IMG/VR virus record: IMGVR_UViG_3300020045_018325
Coordinates: 1 to 36,244 of that record
DNA length: 36,244 nucleotides
Direction: 5' to 3' (one strand)
From: a virus
Lineage: Duplodnaviria > Caudoviricetes
Shown: in pieces, positions 25,738 through 35,159 of the stretch
Position numbering within the stretch: the stretch's first letter is position 1
How the letters are laid out: each line of letters starts with the position of its first letter
Translations under genes and position numbers: made by a program
The notes under the pieces: generated by a model
Database searches by the model: none
What the model was told of the DNA's origin: nothing
Seen by the model: the letters and a program-made list of their open reading frames with translations, nothing else

Positions 25738-28013
25738 TGGCTCAAGAACGATTTCTTATTGCGCCTTCAGTTTCAGGAATTGTTCAAAATGTCAGGAGTT
25801 GGTTAATTCCTGACGATGCCTTTTTTTCTTTAAAAAATCTTTATGTATGGCGTGGTTTTGTACGCAAACGAGTGGGTGCAGGACTTTTATATGGAAATAC
25901 TGCACAAGTAGAGCCTCAACTTATATCTCGTTTACGAGTACAAGTAGGAGTTACGGTAGGTGGAGGACTAGTAAGTACTGTACCGGGAGCAAGTTTCCAT
26001 ATAGGACAAATGTTTTCTATTGGTGATCAGATGTTTACGGTATATCAACTTGGTGCACCTGCAGCTATGCTTTTTACGGGGGTAGCAGTAACAGCTACGT
26101 ATGATACAACTAATGGTAACTTTGATATTGCTGGAACAGGCCAACCTGATGGAATGACGGTATATTTCTATCCGGCAGATCCTGTAATGAATTTTTTCAC
26201 GCTCTTTACTAATACGCTTGTAAGAGAACGTTATTTGGCCTTCGATGAACAATTTGCCTATGAGATACAACCTGGAGGTGGATGGCGTAGGCTTGATACA
26301 GGAGCAGCTACCTGGACAGGATCAGATAGTGATTTCTATAGTGCTGCTAACTTTAGCGGTATAACAGACTATGACTTCTTTTTGTTTGTGGTTAATAACA
26401 CAGCTGCTGATGGTATTCGTTATCTTGATGCAACCACAAATACGTGGGTGCAATATGCAAGATCATATAGCTCGGCAGCAAATACCGAAATATTAACATG
26501 TGCAGTGGTTATACAGTTTAAAAATAGATTATTGTTACTTAATACTCTTGAAGAAGATGGTGGTGTTGGCACACAACGCAGATACCAAAGTCGGTGCCGT
26601 TATAGTTCAATAGGTGGCATTGCTGCTGTTGAAGCTTTTTATGAACCACCTGGTTTCTATGGTAGAGGTGGATTTGTCGATGCTCCGACCAAAGAAGAAA
26701 TAGTAGGTGCACAAATCCTAAAGGATAGATTGATCGTATACTTTGAGTATAGTACATGGGAATTGGTCTATCAGAACAATGAAATTGCGCCATTTAAATG
26801 GATTAGTATAAATATAGAGCTTGGAGCTCAATCATCTAATTCTATTGTTCCCTTTGATGCCGGTATTTTAGGTATAGCTAATATTGGAATTCATACGTGT
26901 AATGGAACCAATGTTAATAGGATAGATCTTCAGATTCCTGATCAAGTATATACCATACGAAATGAACAAGAGGGTCCACAACGGGTAGCGGGTGTAAGAG
27001 ATTACGAAGCGGAACTGGTCTATTGGACTTTCCCATCCATATATTTTCAGGTCAATAATGCAACGTATCCTAACAGGATATTCGTATATAACTACCGAAA
27101 TAATACATGGGCTATTTTTGAAGATTCTATTACAGCTTTTGGCTACATTCAGCTTACCAGTGGATTAAGTTGGGGAAATCTTGACTATATTTTATGGGAA
27201 AATGCCTTTAACCATTGGGGTGATGGTGATGGACAAAGTTTTAAACAACTTGTAGTTGCTGGCAACCAAGAGGGATATACGTTCTATATGGACAAAGATG
27301 TCACTCAGAATGCTCCTGGATTACAGATATCAAATATATTTACTATTACTCATCCCGATTCTAGAACTACTCGATTTAGAATGACCATATTTAACCATAA
27401 TCTGGCTATCGGGGCTTTCTTGCTTCTAGAGTCTATACAAGAGGAAGTTACTATCCCTGCGGGAAACCTTGAAGATATGAATGGCCATATAGTTTTAGTA
27501 ACTGATGTATTTACGACTAATGCTATAGAGGTAACATTAATAAGTACTGCAAATCCTCCTGTATTATACGATGGTATTTATGTAGGTGGTGGCACTTGTA
27601 CGTTGGTAAGTAATATCTATGCTGAAACCAAACAATATAATTTTTATATTGATAAAGGTGTGAATTTTAGTGTTAATAAATTGGATATGCTTGTTACAAA
27701 AGTAAATCGTAATATGAATGATCCAGCAGATACCGGATCGGTTCTTACTATATTATTCAATCCAAACACAGGACATACCTCACCAAGTTCAACAGAGTTA
27801 TCATTGAGCGCATATGATCCGATATTTTATCCATATGAGCAGTTTCAGAGTAGGCTATGGCATACGGTATATCCAAACATTACTGGTTCTTTTATACAGC
27901 TAGAAATAGGATGGACTGGAGCTCAGGTACTAGATACTCGTATATCTTTGGCTAACGTAGAAATTCATGCCATGTTATTTTATACAGAGGTCACTGATAG
28001 CAGATTACAATGA
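25737..28013 (+). CDS. Tail nozzle/stabilisation protein (tail tubular B-like)
   Basis: 758 aa, beta-rich; FKNRLLL...CRYS, DRLIVYFE, IFVYNYRNNTWAIF. Confidence 0.75.
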   Translation: MAQERFLIAPSVSGIVQNVRSWLIPDDAFFSLKNLYVWRGFVRKRVGAGLLYGNTAQVEPQLISRLRVQVGVTVGGGLVSTVPGASFHIGQMFSIGDQMFTVYQLGAPAAMLFTGVAVTATYDTTNGNFDIAGTGQPDGMTVYFYPADPVMNFFTLFTNTLVRERYLAFDEQFAYEIQPGGGWRRLDTGAATWTGSDSDFYSAANFSGITDYDFFLFVVNNTAADGIRYLDATTNTWVQYARSYSSAANTEILTCAVVIQFKNRLLLLNTLEEDGGVGTQRRYQSRCRYSSIGGIAAVEAFYEPPGFYGRGGFVDAPTKEEIVGAQILKDRLIVYFEYSTWELVYQNNEIAPFKWISINIELGAQSSNSIVPFDAGILGIANIGIHTCNGTNVNRIDLQIPDQVYTIRNEQEGPQRVAGVRDYEAELVYWTFPSIYFQVNNATYPNRIFVYNYRNNTWAIFEDSITAFGYIQLTSGLSWGNLDYILWENAFNHWGDGDGQSFKQLVVAGNQEGYTFYMDKDVTQNAPGLQISNIFTITHPDSRTTRFRMTIFNHNLAIGAFLLLESIQEEVTIPAGNLEDMNGHIVLVTDVFTTNAIEVTLISTANPPVLYDGIYVGGGTCTLVSNIYAETKQYNFYIDKGVNFSVNKLDMLVTKVNRNMNDPADTGSVLTILFNPNTGHTSPSSTELSLSAYDPIFYPYEQFQSRLWHTVYPNITGSFIQLEIGWTGAQVLDTRISLANVEIHAMLFYTEVTDSRLQ

Positions 28014-28486
28014 TAATATTATTATATATTCTTCCTTTATTTTTTATGGTGATGGTGAAGGGTAGTGATGATATGCATATAGATATGATTCCTGAAATTA
28101 TTGAAATTTCGGGCAATGATGATATTTCAGAATCCATTATAAACGGATTTTTTCATGAGCATGAAGAGGGTCTTAGAGCAAAAATAAAGCCTATTCTTAT
28201 GAATCGTATAGAACGAGAAAGTTCAGATACTAAAATGTTATTGCTTAGGTTCTCTCATATACATACACCACTTGCTCAAACTGAACATGATCCAATTGGT
28301 GCTAAAGCATTAGAACTTATGACCGCTGCACTGAAGGAAGTTATTGAAGATGGAGAGCGTGAAAAAAGATCTCGTTGTACACGATTTACTACTGTCGCTT
28401 TAAGTACAGGATTGGCATTAGCTTGCACTACAATTGGAGCTATCGTTTCAGCTGTTGTTACAGAATCAGTAACCAATAACTGTTAG
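28010..28486 (+). CDS. Signal-peptide protein with a C-terminal TM helix (moron)
   Basis: Hydrophobic N-terminus MIILLYILPLFFMVMVKG; C-terminal VALSTGLALACTTIGAIVSAVV. Confidence 0.65.
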   Translation: MIILLYILPLFFMVMVKGSDDMHIDMIPEIIEISGNDDISESIINGFFHEHEEGLRAKIKPILMNRIERESSDTKMLLLRFSHIHTPLAQTEHDPIGAKALELMTAALKEVIEDGEREKRSRCTRFTTVALSTGLALACTTIGAIVSAVVTESVTNNC

Positions 28487-29019
28487 AAAGAGTCTTTCAA
28501 GTATTCAAGAACTATATAACAGTTGGTAAATGCAGAATAATCTATAGCGGTTGTTACATGCACATTTGTAGCATCAGCGGTTAGTTTAATGTTTTCATTA
28601 AGCGTTGGAGAACTAAAGGGTAAAGTTAAACCATTTGCCGCTGCATCGGTTGCTGCACCTTTTATATTTGTCCATGAGAAGTTTCCTGGTGTAATACCAG
28701 TAATGTTATGAGCTACTGATTTAGTTGCCGTATTGGGCAATGCACCAAAATTAACTACTCTACGCACTCCAAAGCTGAACGGATTATTAGGTGATCCATT
28801 CGCTTGACGAAACCATTGCTGTCCAGTTACAAATTCAACCGGTATGTAATAAGCCGATTCTTTTAGATTAACTACCGCAGCTATATCCTCGTAAGATAAA
28901 TATTGTAAGGTTAAAACCTGAGACAATCGTTCTTCTTGGGAAAGCTCTCTGCCCAATTGATCGGGGTTAAACACCTTAGTGTTTGGCAAAAACAGACCAT
29001 TGTCACTTGATAAAGGCAT
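28483..29019 (-). CDS. Virion/tail-type protein on the opposite strand
   Basis: AGGA RBS; NFGALPNTATKSVAHNI...VTTAIDYSAF...IVLEYLK. Confidence 0.7.
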   Translation of the reverse strand: MPLSSDNGLFLPNTKVFNPDQLGRELSQEERLSQVLTLQYLSYEDIAAVVNLKESAYYIPVEFVTGQQWFRQANGSPNNPFSFGVRRVVNFGALPNTATKSVAHNITGITPGNFSWTNIKGAATDAAANGLTLPFSSPTLNENIKLTADATNVHVTTAIDYSAFTNCYIVLEYLKDSF

Positions 29020-29099
29020 AGCGTATCCTATTTTTATAGAATTTTTTTCTATCTCCGATTAGAGTACTCTTGATTATATATTTTAATAAGGAAATTATT

Positions 29100-30029
29100 A
29101 TGCCAATAAATCCAACAAACCCTGCACCACTACCAGGAGCTCCCGCTACAAGAGCACCTTTTGCTACCATACCTATGCCAGGAGCTACTAAGCAAAAAGG
29201 ACCAGTAAAGCCATGGCGGATAAAAGGTAGAAACTTTCTCCTGAGACCCATGTTGGGAATGATTGGTATTAATATTCCTGCATATAATGAAGAAGGATAT
29301 TTAGATGATCAGAAATTAATGGAATTTGTTGAAACCTTACCTGATGAAGTAAGAATTCCACTTAACCAAATGGTCGATTCTATTGCAGATCAGATGCCTG
29401 ATATAACTGGGCCCCTCCCCGAGCTTACCTTTGATGAACTTCAAAAATTTTTACCTGAAGGAATGCTTCCTACCCCAGAAGATCTATCAAGAATGATACC
29501 TAGTCTAGCTCAAACTGATTTTGCACCGATTGCTCAAGAGGCAGAAAGACGGTTCCAGCAAGAGACGGTTCCTGGAATTCTCAATCAACTTACCGGCTTA
29601 GGTCAAAGTGGTCGATCGTCTGCATTTCAAGGAGCCTTAGGTAGAGCTGGCTCAGATTTGCAAAGCAAATTAGCTGCTATGGAATCAGGTCATAATCTTG
29701 AAAGAGGAAAGCTTCAATTGGGACAAGGTGAGCTCGGTGGAAGGCTGTATGAAGCAGCTTCAAAGAGAGCAACTTTATTGGGAGGACTTCAAGGTGATCA
29801 AAGTAGACTAGGATTATCGCGTGCTCAATCACTTGGTCAATTACAACTTGGTCAGCAAGGAAATGTTTTGGGTCAAAAAGGCCAGCTTCTAAATACTTTA
29901 TCTGGCCAGATGAATAGACCAACAACGTCCTATCAACCAGGATCTCCGGCAAATCCATGGGCGCAATTTGGACAAGATGTAACAATGCCTTTAGCTAAGG
30001 CAGGACTTAAATATGGCTTAGGGATATAG
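29100..30029 (+). CDS. Putative ejection (internal virion) protein
   Basis: Q/G/L-rich, RSSAFQGALGRAGSDL; AAGGA RBS before ATG 29100. Confidence 0.6.
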   Translation: MPINPTNPAPLPGAPATRAPFATIPMPGATKQKGPVKPWRIKGRNFLLRPMLGMIGINIPAYNEEGYLDDQKLMEFVETLPDEVRIPLNQMVDSIADQMPDITGPLPELTFDELQKFLPEGMLPTPEDLSRMIPSLAQTDFAPIAQEAERRFQQETVPGILNQLTGLGQSGRSSAFQGALGRAGSDLQSKLAAMESGHNLERGKLQLGQGELGGRLYEAASKRATLLGGLQGDQSRLGLSRAQSLGQLQLGQQGNVLGQKGQLLNTLSGQMNRPTTSYQPGSPANPWAQFGQDVTMPLAKAGLKYGLGI

Positions 30030-30037
30030 GAGTTATT

Positions 30038-31372
30038 ATGGCATATTCATTTACTCAGTTGAGACCACAAGAACCTAACAATAACTTTTCTGGCATTCGG
30101 GATATTATTGAAGATTTAGGTCCAAAATATGTTAAAAAACAACAAAATACACAGTTATATCAAAGTTTATTGGGTTTACCTGAAGAACAAGCGCGTGCAT
30201 TAGCCGCATATGATCTTCCTGATGCAGTTAAATTCTTAGAGGCTATTGGTCAAAGAGAAGGAGGTATGGAGGCCCTTCAGGGTCTTAGTGGTGGTGGCCA
30301 GCAACAACAGATGATGCAGCAAAGACAGCAAATGCAGTCTCAACAGCAGCAACCCTCCTATGCTGAAGCTACGGCGGGCAGGCAAGCCCCTACTCAAGAT
30401 TCCGTTGACCAAATGGCACAATTATTGCGCCAACCTCGTGGATTAGTTGACCAACAACTTAAGATGATTCAACCACAAATGGTTCAACAATTAGTTGATC
30501 AGCATGCTCAACAAAAGCCTGGTGAATCATATCCTTTGTCTGTAGCACAAGTTCTCGCTAAGCCAACCAGAAAAGAGATGCGTGAAAGGCAGACTTTAGA
30601 TCTGAAAGAGAGAAAATTTGCATCAGAACAAGAGGCTCGTAAAGAGACAAGGGAACTAGATACCTATAAATTTGTTCAACCATATTTGGATGAACTTAAT
30701 AGTAAAGCTCATCGAGCATCTGAACTATTAACAGTTAATGAACGTTTAAAAGAATTAGAAACTGAAGGTGGAGGAGTAAGCTCACAGTCTTGGAATGAGT
30801 TTTTGACTTCTAGTGGACTGGATACCGAAGCTTTACGAGATCCAAATTCTGAAGAATTTCAAAAATTACAACAAGCTTATACCAAAGGCGCAAAAGATAT
30901 TTATGGTTCTCGTGTTACTAATTTTGATCTTGAGCAGTTTTTAAAAGGAATTCCTCAATTGAGTAATACTCCAGAAGGTAGAAAACGGTTGATAGCCAAC
31001 TTTGATATGCAATACAATCTTGCGCGAAAAGAACGTGATCTTGCTTATGATATTATTGAAAAAAATAAGGGTATACCTCCAAAAAATCTAGCCTATCTTG
31101 TTGATAAAAAGATGTCTAAGGCTAAGGATGAAGCGGCTAAACAGTTCAAGAAAGATTTGAAGAGACCTGTCCCTGGAGCAAGTTCAAAAGCAGCTGTTTT
31201 AGGAGCCAAACTTGCCGGAAAAGGTGTAGCACTAGCTGGAAAAACGATTTCGACACTAGCACCAGCTGCAGTTGGAGCCGGTCTGGGTACCTTAGTTGGC
31301 GGACCTGTCGGAACTGCTATCGGAGGGACTGCTGGTAGTATTTATTCATTACTTAATAAATTAGGCCAATAA
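30038..31372 (+). CDS. Putative ejection (internal virion) protein with a glycine-zipper tail
   Basis: Gln-rich and helical; C-terminal AVGAGLGTLVGGPVGTAIGGTAG. Confidence 0.65.
   Translation: MAYSFTQLRPQEPNNNFSGIRDIIEDLGPKYVKKQQNTQLYQSLLGLPEEQARALAAYDLPDAVKFLEAIGQREGGMEALQGLSGGGQQQQMMQQRQQMQSQQQQPSYAEATAGRQAPTQDSVDQMAQLLRQPRGLVDQQLKMIQPQMVQQLVDQHAQQKPGESYPLSVAQVLAKPTRKEMRERQTLDLKERKFASEQEARKETRELDTYKFVQPYLDELNSKAHRASELLTVNERLKELETEGGGVSSQSWNEFLTSSGLDTEALRDPNSEEFQKLQQAYTKGAKDIYGSRVTNFDLEQFLKGIPQLSNTPEGRKRLIANFDMQYNLARKERDLAYDIIEKNKGIPPKNLAYLVDKKMSKAKDEAAKQFKKDLKRPVPGASSKAAVLGAKLAGKGVALAGKTISTLAPAAVGAGLGTLVGGPVGTAIGGTAGSIYSLLNKLGQ
30353..30383 (+). repeat. REP-like element (family A), in frame in a CDS
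   Basis: ccctcCTATGCTGAAGCTACGgcgggcaggc encodes PSYAEATAGR. Confidence 0.7.
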
Positions 31373-31519
31373 TTATGTTTCCTTTTTATATAACAATAAC
31401 TGCTTAATAATCATATTCAATAAGAAATCCTTCATTGTCTGATCTTGAGAAGTTGCTGCATTTTTAATATCTGCATGTAGCTTCTCATGTACATCCAGAA
31501 CTATACGTTTTCTCTTCAT
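31373..31519 (-). CDS. Small ribbon-helix-helix protein (48 aa, not in the ORF track)
   Basis: GAGG RBS; MKRKRIVLDVHEKLHADIKNAATSQDQTMKDFLLNMIIKQL. Confidence 0.7.
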   Translation of the reverse strand: MKRKRIVLDVHEKLHADIKNAATSQDQTMKDFLLNMIIKQLLLYKKET

Positions 31520-31608
31520 ATTTGCCTCATATGTACATACTCTTTGGTATGCACGTTTTAGGTGTGTTTTTCTCTAGATATAATATTTTTTAATTCTAGG
31601 GAGTATAT

Positions 31609-33894
31609 ATGCCTTTAAGTTTAACCAGACAACAGTTTGTATATGAAGCAGGAGGAACTCTTTCCCCTCTTTATGGCCCTCCTGTTGTAGTAAATAGAGC
31701 ACCTGCAACAAATGATTTTGCATTGCCTGGCCAAGTATGGGTAGATTCATCAACTGACTCTATCTATATGTTAGCAAGTATAACTGCTAATTCAGCAAAT
31801 TGGACTACAAGTCCTGCTTCAGGTGTTGGAACTTTTACATCTGTAGTGGTAAATCCGGGTGATATTCAAATAGTGGCCGGAGATCTACTTGTAGATGCAG
31901 GTAATGTATTAATAAGTGCGGGCAATCTAGACGTTGGGGGAGATCTTACTGTAACCGGAACGACTACTTTAAATGGCGACATTGATATAACCTCTGCTTT
32001 ACTGATAGATCTTACATCTACCCTTGATGCAGCTCCTTCTATATTGCTTCAAGCAGATGGTGGAACCAGCGAACAGATTCGTCTCTACTCTAATCAGGGA
32101 ACCGCAGCGGATAGTATTTATCTATTCTCAAATGCAGGTGGTATAACCTTAAGAGCAGATCTTGCTAGTGATGATGCTATTAATTTTACAGCACCATTTG
32201 GAGGATTAGATGTTGATTGTGCTTTACAGATCAATATAGCTTCGAGCGAAAGTGCTGTTGATGCTATTGTTATTTCTTCTCTAGCTGGTGGTATTGATAT
32301 AACGGCATCAGGTACGGCCGGTGAAGATATTGATATTACTAATACTGCTTCAGTTAATCTTGCCAGCTCAGAAGCAGTTGCTGATGCTGTAACTATTATA
32401 GCTAGTCATGCTGCTGGTGGTGTAACCATCGATGCTGGTACAGGTGGAATAGAAATTGGTAATACTGCTACCTGTTCACCTATTGATATTGGTGATTTTG
32501 TCCCAACTGCTTCACGTCTAATCACTATTGCCGGTGGTACAGTAACTACAGCCGTTACCGATCGTGTAGATATTGCTGTTGACGGATTGAATACAAATGC
32601 TGGCGCAGTAAAACAAGTTGATATTGCTTCAGGCAATATTCTTTTGGGAACCTCAACAGTTAATGTTAACTCAGGAACAGCTGCTTCCGGAACAAGTACG
32701 GTAAATATATCGACCGGAACAGGCGGCGGAACCAAGGCGGTAAATGTCGGTAATGCTGATGGGTTAACCACCGTTAATATAGATGCTATTACTCTCATAA
32801 ACGATAGCATTAACGTTAATACTTCAATTAATACAGGCACTTCAACTGGTGCAGTTGCTATCGGTAATGCTCTTGCTGGTGCGATAACCATTGATACAGC
32901 TGCTGGTATCAGTCTTGATGCTGCTACAGCTTCCAATTTTACCATAACTGGTGCTGCTGATCTCACTCTGTCTTCTACTCTAGGTAGTTCCATTCTTTCT
33001 TCAGGAGAAGCAGCTGTCGATGCGGTGAGAATAAATGCATCTAATGCAGCAGGAGGTATCGATATAGACTGTGGAACCGGAGGAGCTACCTTTGATTCTA
33101 CTGGCGCAGTATCTATTCAAGCTGCAGCCGCATCTGACTTTAGTGTATCTGGCGCAGGTGTTGATCTAAGTCTAGTATCAGCAGCTGGCCGTGTAGTTGT
33201 TAATGGTGAAGAAGCTGCAGCTGATGCTGTACGCGTTCTTTCTGCAGCTGGTGGTTTAGATGCAAACGTAGCATTACAGATGAATTTAGACTCATCTCAA
33301 GCTGCTGCCGACGCAATTCGTATTTTTGCTAGCAATGCTGCAGGCGGTATCGATATTGATTATGGAACAGGCGGTATGACCGTAACAGGTGCTAATGGTG
33401 TATTAACGGTAGCTACTGGAACAGGTGCAATAAACGTATCTGCTGACGCTGCTGCAACTACAGTAAACGTAGGCACAGGAGCTGCTGTTAAGACTGTAAC
33501 AATCGGTTCGACTAATACAACTTCAGCGACTGTTATAAACTCTGGTAGTGGATCTATTACTCTAACCAATGGTGGATTAACCAGTGTAAGTAGTTCTAAT
33601 AACACCATTGCTTCTCCAACTGCTTCTACGACATTGAACGTTAATGTGGGAAGTGGTACATTTACCGGTTTCACGACTGCTGCTGCTGCCACTCAGGACT
33701 TTACGATTACTAATAGTTTAGTAACCACAAGTTCTAAGATATTGTGCACGGTGTGCAATGAGGGGGCCAATGACGCTCAAATGGAAATTCGTAGGATCAC
33801 CAGAGCGGCTGGAAGTTTCGTTGTGAAGGTCGTAAATAGTGGAGCGGCTGCACTTAACGGAAACGTAATTATCACCTTCTGGGTATTGAATTAA
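31609..33894 (+). CDS. Tail fibre/spike with repeats
   Basis: N-terminal RAPATND...GQVWVD; repeated E(A)AxDAxxIxAxxAAGGIDID units. Confidence 0.8.
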   Translation: MPLSLTRQQFVYEAGGTLSPLYGPPVVVNRAPATNDFALPGQVWVDSSTDSIYMLASITANSANWTTSPASGVGTFTSVVVNPGDIQIVAGDLLVDAGNVLISAGNLDVGGDLTVTGTTTLNGDIDITSALLIDLTSTLDAAPSILLQADGGTSEQIRLYSNQGTAADSIYLFSNAGGITLRADLASDDAINFTAPFGGLDVDCALQINIASSESAVDAIVISSLAGGIDITASGTAGEDIDITNTASVNLASSEAVADAVTIIASHAAGGVTIDAGTGGIEIGNTATCSPIDIGDFVPTASRLITIAGGTVTTAVTDRVDIAVDGLNTNAGAVKQVDIASGNILLGTSTVNVNSGTAASGTSTVNISTGTGGGTKAVNVGNADGLTTVNIDAITLINDSINVNTSINTGTSTGAVAIGNALAGAITIDTAAGISLDAATASNFTITGAADLTLSSTLGSSILSSGEAAVDAVRINASNAAGGIDIDCGTGGATFDSTGAVSIQAAAASDFSVSGAGVDLSLVSAAGRVVVNGEEAAADAVRVLSAAGGLDANVALQMNLDSSQAAADAIRIFASNAAGGIDIDYGTGGMTVTGANGVLTVATGTGAINVSADAAATTVNVGTGAAVKTVTIGSTNTTSATVINSGSGSITLTNGGLTSVSSSNNTIASPTASTTLNVNVGSGTFTGFTTAAAATQDFTITNSLVTTSSKILCTVCNEGANDAQMEIRRITRAAGSFVVKVVNSGAAALNGNVIITFWVLN

Positions 33895-33895
33895 T

Positions 33896-33931
33896 AAAAA
33901 AAGGCCCTTCTCATTTTTTTTGAGAAGGGCT
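33896..33931. terminator. Hairpin/terminator after the fibre gene
   Basis: A run then GCCCTTCTCA-T7-TGAGAAGGGC. Confidence 0.6.
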
Positions 33932-33969
33932 ATAGTCTTGTTAGTTTATTAATCTATCTAGGAGTAACT

Positions 33970-34203
33970 ATGGACTTGTATAACACAGTTCAATTTCGTA
34001 AAGAAATAAATGGCAATCTATATGTATTTACAATGCCCTCAACGGCACCACTTGGAGAAGCGTATGATGTTCTTCACGAAGCTTTACGACATATTGTTAA
34101 AGTGTCTCAGGACAATGTACAACGCATGGTAAGACAAGCTGCAGAAGAATCTACAGCTAAGTCAGATTATGTTGAAACTAAACCAGAAGAGATAGCACAA
34201 TAA
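33970..34203 (+). CDS. Hypothetical protein
   Basis: AGGAG RBS; clean ORF. Confidence 0.7.
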   Translation: MDLYNTVQFRKEINGNLYVFTMPSTAPLGEAYDVLHEALRHIVKVSQDNVQRMVRQAAEESTAKSDYVETKPEEIAQ

Positions 34204-34227
34204 AACACGCCTTACGGGGCGTCATAA

Positions 34228-34258
34228 TCCGCCGTCGCTAAAGCTATGGCGTGACAGG
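34228..34258 (+). repeat. REP-like element (family A), intergenic
   Basis: tccgcCGTCGCTAAAGCTATGgcgtgacagg; its end runs into the AGGAG RBS of the next gene. Confidence 0.7.
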
Positions 34259-34267
34259 AGAATTAAA

Positions 34268-34618
34268 ATGAGTTTATATTCACTCGCAATACGATGGCGC
34301 CCCGAAGAACTTCGCTCCTTAGCTTTTGGTTCGGTGGCTGCTGGATATACCGCTTTGGGTGGTCCTATGGACAATCCAGTGGTCAATTATAAGATTAGCA
34401 ATCTAACCGATGCTAACATTCTGGTATCATTTGATGGTAGTACCGACCATGATATTGTAGCTGCTAATGGCTTTGTACTTTATGACATAGCGTCCAATAA
34501 GGGTAAGGGAGACGTTTTGGCTCTTACTAAAGGTGCACAAGTATACGTCAAACGGGAATCAGCAGCTCCTACTAGTGGTAATGTATATCTTACTGTTTTT
34601 TATACAGCAACCAACTAA
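34268..34618 (+). CDS. Small beta-rich virion protein
   Basis: ISNLTDANILVSFDG...VYVK...PTSGNVYL. Confidence 0.7.
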   Translation: MSLYSLAIRWRPEELRSLAFGSVAAGYTALGGPMDNPVVNYKISNLTDANILVSFDGSTDHDIVAANGFVLYDIASNKGKGDVLALTKGAQVYVKRESAAPTSGNVYLTVFYTATN

Positions 34619-34627
34619 GGAGGCAAA

Positions 34628-35149
34628 ATGTCACAGGCTGGTTCAGTTAATCAACTTATGCCACCTCCCGGAACTACACTCTTTTTAGAGGGTGATGTTG
34701 GGGGTGCCGTAGCTCCAGATGGTGGTGGGGTAATATTCGTAGTTGGTGGTACCAATATATCAACTGTAGGTAATCCAGGAACCAACACTATTACTATTAA
34801 TGCTGGTGAAACACCTTATGATGTAACCACAGTAGATGCAACTCCAACCCTTATTGCTACCGTTACGGTAGCAGCAGGAACTGCAAGTAATATAAATTGT
34901 AGCTTTATAGCCCTTCAAGATACATTTGCTACGACAATTGGTGGTACGGCATTTACTGTTGCACGCAATGTTGGTGCAGGTGCAGTGCTAGCAGGAGGAG
35001 CTGGGGGCCATCAAAATATCATTGATGATTCAGCAGGATTTCCTGAGATAACGTTTGTTGTTTCAGGAAATGATGTAGATATTTTTGTAACCGGTGTAGC
35101 TGCTACTACGTATGATTGGCGTATGTTAGTATCTATGCTTACCATATAA
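34628..35149 (+). CDS. Tail-associated protein
   Basis: AAGGAGG RBS; LEGDVGGAVAP...GGTNISTVG...TITI unit shared with 1240..3291. Confidence 0.7.
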   Translation: MSQAGSVNQLMPPPGTTLFLEGDVGGAVAPDGGGVIFVVGGTNISTVGNPGTNTITINAGETPYDVTTVDATPTLIATVTVAAGTASNINCSFIALQDTFATTIGGTAFTVARNVGAGAVLAGGAGGHQNIIDDSAGFPEITFVVSGNDVDIFVTGVAATTYDWRMLVSMLTI

Positions 35150-35159
35150 AGGAGCGTAG

